From positions 1,054,001-1,118,000 of the forward strand of contig JBHGNT010000006.1 in assembly GCA_043228905.1 (NCBI GenBank): a stretch of 64,000 bases of DNA. Direction: 5' to 3'. A program made the translations under genes and the position numbers. The notes beneath the pieces were generated by a model. It did not search any database. It saw only the letters and a program-made list of their open reading frames with translations, and had not been told where the DNA came from. Positions 11,481 through 25,522 of the stretch are shown in pieces. Position 1 is the first letter of the stretch; each line of letters opens with the position of its first letter. This DNA is from Azolla caroliniana (taxonomy: Eukaryota > Plantae > Polypodiophyta).

Positions 11481-13281
11481 TTCAAAGAAAATAGAGAAAA
11501 CTTCTTTGATTATTCCTTGCGCTATCTTTTAGTAGCTTTGTTGCTCTCGCATTTTGCTATACATAGACTTGACCAATTTCATTGTATGTTATCACCTTTT
11601 GCCATTTTGGTTAGAATAAGTGTTGTTTGCTTTTTTGGCTCAAGTTGGGGATACTATTAAATAGTTAAGTTGTTGTTTTATATATTCTAAAGCAAGTTAT
11701 GACACACTAGGCTTGCTTCCATATTGGTAGATTATAATGTGTTACAAATCGGAGGTATGTTTTTTTCTATAAAACCTATTATAGTGTGAAATGAGGAAAT
11801 GTGTTTGGTTTGGCGATGGTTTCATGTTTTGTGTAATTGGCAACACGACAATGGACGAATCAAATGTTTCCTATGTACTCGAGTTTTATCTCTCAGTGGA
11901 AGGCTAACAAGCTGGTTCAACCAATTTTGTTTAGTCACCTTTTCAAGTTCAACAATAGGCATACCAACTTGATTGGTTTGCTTGTCAATGATACCCATCC
12001 ATATGATATTGTTAGCACATACTACATGATAGTGTTGTTGGGATGGCAAACAATACAAGTACGTGCACATGCATTGGTTGTGTTGCTATTATTCTTCGAC
12101 TTACTCGTGCAAATCGGACAAAAAATGTTTGCAATATTATTGACCTATATGATTGGGTTGCACAATAAATATACCTCATTTGGGATGCTTATCCCAAAAT
12201 GTGCTTTGTAAGACTAACAATTGATAACTCAGGGGTGATCATTGACTATATCAAACAAACAAGACATAATGATTGACAAGGTTTAGAAATGACCCAAGGC
12301 TTGAGCGTAGAGGAGACAATAATCCAGACAAAGAGGAAAGTATCTCTCTAACCATCGCATTGACCATGGGAGTCAAGTGCTTGGAGAAGTTACATAAAGT
12401 AGACAAACAAGGAATAGAAAAGAAGAAGACACCAAGGAAGCCAGGTAACATGCTAAGATGCAAAACAACCATCACAGATTCAAATAAGATTGTACATTGA
12501 AATCTTAGTTCATACACCTAATCTATTGTTGAGTATTTTGATCACAATAGAAATACAAAGTTGTGAGGTTGATCATGTTTGATGGAATGAGGGACTATAA
12601 GGGTCAAGAAGCATTCCTTGGGGTGCCCAAACTTTACATTATGTGTAAGTTGGTGAATGTGTAGGGAAGCATCACACGAGGAGTTTCATCCGAAAGATTA
12701 TGATCCAATAGTAACCCATTATGTGACCCAACTGATGAGACCTAAACCATATCGGATCTAGAGGAATTCTCACACTCTTGACAAGGAAAATCAAAACCCT
12801 CTCTCTCTATTTAAACATATGGATCTCCCCTTAATGATTCTTTCGATATGCAACGAGGTGAATTGATGCAAATTATTTTAGGGGAAGTGTGCTACATGGC
12901 TAAGAGGTTGGCTAAACGAGAAAAAAGTGGGTAGTTTGGAAATGAAGGTTGGTGGAGGAAGATATATAAAGTGGGGAAACATAAGGTAGTGTTGGAGAGG
13001 ACGGAGCCATGTGGGTGTTGATGGATACAAGTGTTATATTGTTCAGTTGATTTAGCTCTAAAGAATGGTAGCTTTTGTGTTTGTTTGTTTCTCCTCGAAC
13101 ATTTGTTTGGCCACATGTGGAGCTTTATATGAAACCTCAACACTCTTAGCCGTGTCGGGAAGCACAAGTAAAGCATCATATAGACGATGAGCACCATTAT
13201 CACGAAGCTCCAAAAATGCTTTGTGGGAGTGCTTCAAACTTGTATGTACATAGAGATATGCTACATCGAAGGTTTTACGCG

Positions 13282-13371
13282 GGCCATTTTTGCGGCCATT
13301 TTTGCAAATTTTAAGACTTATGGCAAATCCTTTTGCTATTTATCATTTAGGGTTGCAGCACTGTAGGGTTT
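13282..13371 (+). promoter_or_regulatory. RPL26 proximal promoter: telo-box and tandem GGCCATTTTTGC
   Basis: TAGGGTTT (telo-box, typical of plant ribosomal protein genes) at 13364-13371 plus a near copy at 13348. Direct repeat GGCCATTTTTGC at 13282-13293 and 13294-13305. Confidence 0.55.
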
Positions 13372-13431
13372 CAGTTCTGCAAAAGAAGACGATCCAGATC
13401 TGCTTCGGCGAGCAGCGGCCAAGCTATCGCC

Positions 13432-16483
<3,052 letters not shown>

Positions 16484-18299
16484 AGTAGTATAGAGACTAT
16501 GGTTGGATGTTTTTCTTCCTTGGTTCCATTTGAGTGTAGACTTTGATTGCGTACCATTTGTTATATCAATTTTGGTCTCTAAACTGTATCTTGGATGCGT
16601 TTTCAATGAAGGTATGATCAAGTTCTTTCTAGACATAATGACAATTTTCATTCCTCCCAGTTGTCTTTCCTCTTGTATGAAATATTTAGTTTGGTCTTGG
16701 GCAAGGGTATTTTACAACACAATTGGACACATTATCATGATCCTTGAGGTTCTTGAATAGGGGTTCATATGAAAGTATTGTCATCGACTACACATGAAAT
16801 GCTCAGTATTTTATGAACTACTTAGTCTTGTATTATTGAAAATAACCATTATCAAAATATCTGTGTTCCTATTTTACACTTAGTTGCTCACGTGACCTTC
16901 TCAAAGCTTGTTTGATTGCTGTCAATTATTGGCGTGTGGATGACACAATGTTTTGCTAATTGTTACTGGAATAAACAGGAATTGATGCAAATTTAACATA
17001 TGATATGTGAAGAGTATTGAACAATGGAGAGTTGAATGACGCCCAACATACTTGTAGCTGGAGAGAGTAGCTTTTCCCAAAGTGAATATTTAGAGATGAA
17101 ATAAGAATGCATCCTCCCAATATTCTGTTAATAAAACAAGTTTCAGATGGTGGAAACATTATTGAAAGTACTGTTAATTTTTTAGCCTTGGAATTTATTC
17201 CATTCACATTTCTTTTGAAATCCATAATTACAAGTTGGTCTGATGCATTGGGTGTGACTTTCGTAGAAAGGGTTTGAGTCATCTTTGGAGTGTTAAGAAT
17301 ATTTTATAGATCCTTAGGGTTTTTATATTGATTGTTTCCTTATTGTTTGTTGGACTTACATGTAGTTAGAGATCTTATAATTGCATGTTGTGATTCATGG
17401 TCTCCTTTGCTAATAAAGTTCTTGCTTGCCTCCCTTTGGGTTATAATCACAATATTTATGTATTTAGTAGTAATTGTGGATTAGGGTCCTATGTGTCAAT
17501 ATTAATCACAATATATACTTCGCTTTCTATTAATAGTCAAATAAGTGACTCCGAATTCCACTTAGTCCAGCATAAATCTACAAACTAATGTAGCGCAAAA
17601 GTTTATCACCGCCATAAACATGGGATGAAGATTTGATTTTGTTGGACAAATTTGTGGTAAAATCCAAAGAATGGAATTGAACACTAATATGAAAGATGGA
17701 ATAGAGATTTAAAACTCCTAAATTATGACAAAATTCTTTTCTTATTTCATGGAGTATACAATTTTTTCCATATTCCTATCAAGCACAGGCACGTATATTA
17801 AAATTCGTGTTGTAATCCATTTTGGTAAGAGTTTCAAAATCTTCAACTTTGTTGGACTATCAAAATTTTAGAGTCGATTCATAGTGAAATCTCATGCCAT
17901 CAATCACCATTTTGGATATTCCCACAACCTTGTTTTGGTCCATAAGTGGATTGTATCCCTTCATGCATTATTGGGAACTCCATAGGCCATTTTTAGAGGA
18001 GTGAAATGTTATTGCGACAATTTGAGCTCATAAATTTACAAACTATAATGTGCTAGGTAGAAGTCTTCTATTGTGTTATGGGGATGATGCACCATGATTT
18101 CATATTGACATGCTTCATTCCTAATTAAATTGTTGATGGATGCATGATGGTATTGCTCGCACCATGTACTTTAACACATACTCTTTTGTTCACCATGTGA
18201 TCTTAATTCTCAGCTCGTTGAGTGGTCGTTCCAATTATATGGATCAAATGTGGAACAATGAACAAAATGTAGTCACACAGAGTTGTGGCTCCAAAGTTT

Positions 18300-18846
18300 C
18301 TCTAATACCATGTTGTTTCTTATGGGGGGTGAAGGTGTTGATGTATGTGTGATTTACCATACCAACAACGTGTATGAACTAAATACAAACGAAAATACAA
18401 CTTGGACTCTCATATGAGCATATTCCAATGTGTATTAAGTTTCATTTAAAGGATTTACAAGATTGTGTTTATTCTCATGTGCTTAAGTAAGTTAATGAGG
18501 AGGCAATCACTCTTTGCTCTCTCAATAGATAGAGTTAAAATTCCCTCCCAATGTGTATGTACATAACAACCAAACTATATGTGCTCCAAGCTAGGTAAAG
18601 CCAATGCAAAAAATTTGAATTATAATTGTCTAGTACATGTGCCATGCGTGTACAATGAAATGAAAGTTGAAACTAACATTTGCTTCTTTGTGCCTATGTG
18701 CAATGAAAAATGATCCACACCTTTCAATAATATCATGACCATCCAATTTGTTGTCTTTGACACCATTCCCCATTGTGGTTCACTCGCAATGTGATCACAC
18801 TTGTATGTTCTAGCAGGTTAGGATATCCTCACCTAACACTGCAACA
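18300..18846 (-). mobile_element. Old LTR (18311-18846) with adjacent PBS; remnant of an LTR retrotransposon
   Basis: TGTTG...CAACA termini; reverse complement of 18300-18310 is TGGTATTAGAG (tRNA-iMet PBS, 1 mismatch). The internal region to the left is not clearly recognisable. Confidence 0.6.
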
Positions 18847-19845
18847 CTTCTTACATGAATGGATGAGTGAGATGGATGCCTAAATATATGTAAATTAATT
18901 CATAGGTGGAAGACCAGGCCCTTCAAGTGCACAATTTAGAAATGTCCATGATGATGGATGAAAATGTAGTGTATGGAGGCACTCTAAAGTAGTAGCCCAA
19001 ATGGTTAGTTTGAACCTTACCTTTGAAGTGAAAGAATGCATTGATGAGGATATGCATGATGTCGACGTTGATGCTAAGCCAATGCTGCAATCTTTTGATG
19101 TATTTTATGATCGTGTGATTATATTATTTTTTACCGGGAAACTCCCATACATTAATTGGATTAAACACAATTGTGTCACCAAATTGTGTTGAAAATATAT
19201 ATGCAAGACCATGAGGGTTTTATGATGTAGTATTTCGTTAACTGGAACATCGAAGTGCATTGTTAGATAAAGTTCCTATGTTTTTTGATAAACAATTGGT
19301 GCATGTAATGCAATGGTACCCTGTAGTGGACTATCATGCTTTGTTAAAACAAGAATGCCCTGTTTGGGAAACATTGGATTGTAAGCATTCTTTTTTATGG
19401 CCACTTTGACCAGAGTTGATGAGTCAAATGGGTAAAGTGTTGGTATCTCCACATGCAAATGCTACAAATAAGTGCAAATTTTGTGTGTTATGGGATACTA
19501 GTCGTAAGAGGCCAGGATGGGTGCATATGAACACACATGGTATGAAGAGACTTTGCTTTAAATTGAAGTGGGGGACATTTGTAGGTCATTGTTTTGGATG
19601 TGGTGAATGGGGTCACTTATGGCGGAATGTCATCGTCATTGTCCTTCAACTATAGAGGTTCCTAATGAAGGGAATGGTAAGGAAGGATTTGGGAGAGATG
19701 TTGGTGTGTCAGATATTGTGGTTGTTATGGATGAAGGAACATCATCTAGAGTAGGGTAAAAAGAGGTCTCACTTCAAGGTTTGGGCCCTAAGAATAAGAG
19801 AACTCAATCTATGGATATGGAAAAACAAAGTTTAGTGGTTATAGA

Positions 19846-20237
19846 TGTTGAGAGACAAGCTCAACATCGGCCGGATCGGCTGAAGAAGCCGAGGACCGGA
19901 TCGGTTGGGACCGATCGGTTAGGCCGAGTGCGTAAACCGGGAGGTCGTTAGGAAAGATATTCCGTGAGAAATATATTTGGGAGTTAGTGTAGGAGCTCTT
20001 GATGAGCATTGAAGTACTGTCAGTACTTCGGTCAGTCCTTCTAGGACTTGTATAAAAGTGTTCACTGAGCACGTCTTATGTACAGACTGAGTATTATTGT
20101 TGAATATAGTTCTTGTGTTCTCTCTCACTCTCTCTGTCTCTCCCGCGTATATTGCGTAAGCTCAAGCTCTCCATTGAACCTGAGTTTCCTTCCTTCTATT
20201 TTGTCTTCATACCTGCTTCCGCACTATACTTTTTACA
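19846..20237 (+). repeat. 5' LTR of copia copy B
   Basis: TG...CA ends; about 8 mismatches to the 3' LTR by eye (~2%); TATAAAA at 20051. Confidence 0.97.
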
Positions 20238-20249
20238 TGGTATCAGAGC
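20238..20249 (+). other. Primer-binding site (tRNA-iMet)
   Basis: TGGTATCAGAGC directly after the 5' LTR. Confidence 0.95.
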
Positions 20250-20309
20250 GCGAGGGTTGAGAACCTCTCTGCAGCCGACACAACTTGACGAAGAAGAACG
20301 AGAAGAAAA

Positions 20310-23300
20310 ATGGATAGAGCCATGGCGAGCTCGCTTCCAACAGAGAAGCTCGACAGAACCAACTATGCGTCTTGGTCCTACAAGATGCACCAGTACTTGC
20401 TCGGGCACGACTACTGGAGTTATGTCGAAGGAGCTAATGACGCGGCACCCGAATCGACACACAGAGACTTCCCGTCGTGGGAGCAATCGGCGAGCAGGGT
20501 ACTATACTTCTTCGCGTCGTGTGTGGGCGAACAACTATTGAGCTATGTTCGGGATGCAAAGACGCCGAAGGGTGCGTGGGAAAATCTGAAGAAGATTTTC
20601 GCCGCGAGCACCACAGCTAGGAAGCTTCAGCTCCGACAGGAGTTGGGCAACCTACGACAACGCGACTTGTCGGTGGCGGACTATACCTCGAAGATCAAGG
20701 ATATCTGCGACTCCCTTGCCTCCATAGAGGTGAACATCGAGGAGAGCGAGATGGTCCAGATCTGTCTCAGAGGTTTGGCGTCGAAGTTCGAAGCGTTCCG
20801 AACGGCTGTGTGTACCCGGGAGAATACGCCGTCCTTTTTCGACTTACAGTCGATGCTCCTGGTAGAGGAGAACCACGCGGGTGCGTCTACAAGCACGCAC
20901 ACCGACAACAAAATGCTGTACACGGAGGGAGATAGGCCCCGTGGACGTGGAGGACGAGGCGAGTTGGGGCGCAATGGAGGCGGCCGACGAGATCAAGGAA
21001 GAAGCCACCGAAGTGATGCCGACAGCAACTCCGGACCCTTCGGAAACAGGGGGAGTCGAAGCGATGAGAACCGGCAAGGGAAGTCCATCGCGGAGTGCTG
21101 GTACTGTGGCAAGAAAGGCCACAGGGAAAGTGAGTGCTGGAAGAAGCGCGCCGATTCGGAGAGAACCGGTTCCGGAAACGGCTCCGGACATACCGACAAG
21201 GGAAATCGGCAACGATCGCACTACGCCGAAGACTCCGGGAGAGCCGGAGAAGGGTCTGTCTTCGTGACGAGACACGAAGCAAACTCAATGAAACAGAGCA
21301 CCCCGAGATCGGACGAGGTGTGGTACGTAGACTCTGGCGCGTCAAACCACATGACGAGCCATAAGGAGTGGTTCTCGTACCTTGAAAAACCAATATAACC
21401 TGGAGTAGTCGCAACTGGAGACGACACTCCGCATCCGATCGCGAATGTCGGAGAAGTTCCCCTTAGCCATGTCGGGCAGAAAGGGAAACTCTTGAACGTG
21501 CTGCACGTCCCGACAATCACGAAAAACTTGGTCTCGGTCGGACAGATCGTCGACCAAGGGATGGAGGTTCGGTTTACACACCTCGGGTGCTTCATTGAGG
21601 AAGAAGGCCGTGTGATTGCGCAAGGGCGCAGAGACGGGAGGATGTTCATCCTCGACTCCACTGACGGCGGCACCGCAATGTTCGCGAGGGGACAAAAGAC
21701 CGAGTTAGACATCGACTTGTGGCACAAGCGGATAGGCCACGTCAACCACCAACGACTTCAAGATCTGCAATTGAAACAGGTAGTATTCGGATTGCCCAAA
21801 TTTAGTGGCCGAAAGGCACAAATTTGTGAAGACTGCCAGCTCGGGAAGCAACACCGACTTCCTTTCCCCAACGAGCGAAACCGGAGCCAGAACAAGTTCA
21901 ACCTTATACACTCCGATGTATGGGGGCCGGCACAAAACGTTAGTCTTGGCGGGAGCCGATATTTCGTCTCCTTCATCGACGACCACACGCGGCACACGTG
22001 GATCTACCTCATTGAGAGGAAGAGCGAAGTCTTCGACTGTTTCCGGGACCTCAAAGGGTTCGTGGAAACGGAAACGGGACGAAAGATCAAGTGCCTGCGG
22101 CCAGATGGCGGGAAAGAGTACTTTTCTGGTCAATTCAACGGTTATCTACAACAAATGGGAATTCGGCGCGAATTCAGTTGTAGATACATGCCAGAGCAGA
22201 ACGGCGTGGCCGAGAGGAAGAATCGGTTAGTTGTGGAAGCGGCACGGGCAATGCTAGAGGAGAAGAGCTTGCCCAAGTTCTACTGGGCCGAGGCGGTAAG
22301 GACCGCGGTATACATCGAAAATCGGATCGGAGACAAAGTGTCGGCGCACGAGCTATATTTCGGAACGAAGCCGAACTTGCGACACTTGAGGGTGTTCGGT
22401 AGCATTGCGTATGTGCATGTACCGAAGGAGAAAAGGAGGAAGCTGGACGCAAAGGCCGAGAAGTGCATCTTGGTCGGTTACTCGGACGAGCAGAAGGGTT
22501 ATAAGTGCTATAACCCTTGCACCAAACAAGTGCGTGTCAGCCGCGGCGTTGTGTTTGATGAGTCCGTGTCCTGGTACCTGCCCCCGACTCGAAACCCCGA
22601 CTCCAATCCGAGCTCTGACGATGAGGTCAGCGAGGCCGAGATGCCTCCGGATGAGCCCGAAATCGAGACCCGCGAAGAGAGTCCGATTTCACTCCGGTTA
22701 AGTTGACCGATTGGACAACTGAGTCGGTACGACCAGTTCGATGAAGAGCCGGCGAGTAGTGGAGACTCGGCCGTGCTTTCCCCGCGCAGGAAGCCGAGGA
22801 GACGGCTTACGCGCAAAGAGAAAGGGAAGAAGAAGGTGTCGGATTTCGACACGGATAGGAACGAGTCAAACCGACGCAAGTTCGACTCCAAGGGAACTGG
22901 TGACGGGTCTTTAAAGGTGAAGACCGCGTCGACCGAGAAGGCCTCGACATCGGCTAATGTGAGATTACGCCGATCTACCCGCCAGAAGAATCCTGTTTTG
23001 CGGTTCGGATACAACGAGTACATGGCGCATCATTATGCGTACATGACCCGTGTAGCGGAAGTGCGTTAGCTGGAGAGCTACGCAGAAGCGGCTAAAGACG
23101 CGAATTGGCGTGCCGCGATGGAGGAAGAGATGCACGCATTAGCGGAGAACGAGACCTGGGACCTGGTTGATGCACCAACAGGGGTAAAACCGATCGGGTG
23201 TAGGTGGGTGTACAAGGTCAAGTACAACACCGATGGCTCGGTCAACCGGTACAAGGCTCGGCTAGTGGCAAAGGGCTACGCGCAGAAACATGGCATCGAC

Positions 23301-25136
23301 TACGATGAGACTTTTGCGCCGGTCGCGAAAATGACGACCGTCCGTTTTTTGCTCGCAGTAGCTGCAGCGAAGGGGTGGCACCTACATCAGATGGATGTAA
23401 AGAATGCGTTCCTGCAAGGTGACCTTGAGGAACAGGTGTACATGGTATAGCCTCCCGGATTTCACTCTGGAACGAACTCCTCGGCAGTATGCCGACTGAA
23501 GAAGTCCCTTTACAGACTGAAGCAAGCCCCGCGTGCCTGGAACGTGAAGATCACGCAACAACTGCGTCGGATGGGCTTCATCACGTCAAAATCAGACTCT
23601 TCCCTGTTCATCCGGAAAGGTCGACTCGGACCGGTTAGTATTTTACTATATGTTGATGACTTGGTCATCACCGACGCCGACCTAGGTGAAATCGACTGCG
23701 TGAAGCTCCAGCTTGCGGCATCGTTCGACATTAAGGATCTGGGGGACCTTCATTACTTCCTCGGGATCGAAGTGATCCGTACCCCCGAAGGCATATTGAT
23801 CAGCCAACGTCACTACGTGCTGAGTATGCTCTTCAAATTCGGGATGGCCGACTGTAAGTCTGTCTCGACTCCTCTGGACAGAACCGTCAAGCTTCATCCC
23901 GATACGGGAAAGGAATGCGACCCGATGAGGTTCCGACAAATTGTCGGAAGCCTCATATACTTGACCATCACCCGACCCGACCTCAGTTATCTGGTCGGAG
24001 TGATCAGTTAGTTCATGGCTCGACCTACCGAGGAGCACCTTCAGTGTGCGCAACGCGTACTTCGGTACGTAAGCGGCACTAAGGACTGCAGACTGCTATA
24101 TCGGACCGGTGTAGCCGTGTAGTTAGTCGGCTACACTGATGCTGATTGGGCTGGCAACGCCGCCGATCGCCGATCCACGTCCGGATACGCGTTCTCCCTC
24201 GGGAGTGCCGCGATCGCGTGGAGCAGTAAGAAGTAGCCGACAGTTGCACTGTCGAGCACCGAAGCTGAGTACCGAGGAGCGGCTGTCGCGACATGCGAAG
24301 CCATATGGTTGAAGCGACTACTTACGGACCTGCAAGAGGAGGTGTCAGATCCGACGACGATCTACTGCGACAACCTCAGCAGCATCCAACTCGCGAAGAA
24401 CCCCGTCTTCCACGCACGAACCAAGCACATTGAGGTGCACTACCATTTTGTCCGTGAGTGTGTCCTTTCCGGTGAAGTCGAACTTCAGTACGTTCCGACG
24501 GATCGGCAGGCTGCCGACATCTTCACCAAGCCTCTTGGTCTGGACAAGTTGCGGCAATTCTCAGGTGCGCTCGGATTTTGTCGCCTTGATGTGCCGAACT
24601 TGAGGGGGAGAACAGTCCCGAACGACCAAGCAAGGCAGCAGGAAAGGAGCAGAGACCGTGACACCGAGTCGGTTGTCGAGTTCTACTTCGGATCGGCTGA
24701 AGAAGCCGAGGACGGACCCGCGGAGAAGTCCAGAAGCGGACAAAAGGGGAGCAGCCGAAGGAGAAAGCCGAAGCCAACCATGGATGGGGAAGATGACACC
24801 ATCGAGGGCGAGAAGACCGAAGACGAGTTGGAGACAGCCAACTCGGACGAGAGCGAAAACCGATCGGAGGTAGCCGAGTCGGTTCGGATGTTTGATTCAG
24901 ATACGTTGAATCAACCGAGGCCCAAGCGGAAGAAAAGGCAGCAGGAGAAGCGTCAACACCGCAACAGCAGAAGAGCTGATAAGGGCCGCATGAGCATACA
25001 AGACGATCGGAAGGGTCGAAGCGCGCGGAGTCGAACAGGTCGAGGAGCGCGAGCGAGGCGTGAAGCCAGGAGGAACTGGAGCCGTGAGCCCGAGGATCCC
25101 GAAGAGCCTCGAGTTGAGCTTGAGGGGGAGTGTTGA
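20310..25136 (+). pseudogene. Copia gag-pol polyprotein in a single frame with 7 premature stops
   Basis: ORF pieces at 20310, 21492, 22773, 23118, 23544 and 24309 all share one frame. Motifs: CCHC knuckle, [48 protein letters not shown]. Confidence 0.95.
25122..25130 (+). other. Polypurine tract of copia copy B
   Basis: GAGGGGGAG directly before the TG of the 3' LTR. Confidence 0.9.
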
Positions 25137-25522
25137 GAGACAAGCTCAACATCGGCCGGATCGGCTGAAGAAGCCGAGGACCGGATCGGTTGGGACCGAT
25201 CGATTAGGCCGAGTGCGTAAACCGAGAGGTCGTTAGGAAAGATATTCCGTGAGGAATATATTTGGGAGTTAGTGTAGGAGCTCTTGATGAGCATTGAAGT
25301 ACTGTCAGTACTTCGGTCAGTCCTTCTAGGACTTGTATAAAAGTGTTCACTGAGCACGTCTTATGTACAGACTGAGTATTATTGTTTAATATAGTTCTTG
25401 TGTTCTCTCTCACTCTCTCTGTCTCTCCCGCGTATACTGCGTAAGCTCAAGCTCTCCATTGAACCTGAGTTTCCTTCCTTCTGTTTTGTCTTCATACCTG
25501 CTTCCGCACGCTACTTTTTACA
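25131..25522 (+). repeat. 3' LTR of copia copy B
   Basis: Direct repeat of 19846-20237. Confidence 0.97.

Larger units (their letters stand above)
19846..25522 (+). mobile_element. Full-length Ty1/copia LTR retrotransposon, copy B (5677 bp), TSD ATAGA
   Basis: Paired 392-bp LTRs; ATAGA at 19841-19845 and 25523-25527; PBS, PPT; gag-PR-IN-RT-RH order. Confidence 0.99.

Noticed and set aside
10893-12520. Short ORFs that might be transposase or gene fragments
   Set aside because: There is no recognisable motif or consistent splice structure; left unannotated.
16956-17282. 108-aa minus-strand ORF downstream of RPL26
   Set aside because: It is AT-rich with no recognisable domain; insufficient evidence.
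24523-25152. 209-aa antisense ORF in the copia 3' region (possible extra or env-like gene)
   Set aside because: It has a non-ATG start in the LTR, no recognisable domain, and is explained as the shadow of a purine/GC-rich sense frame.
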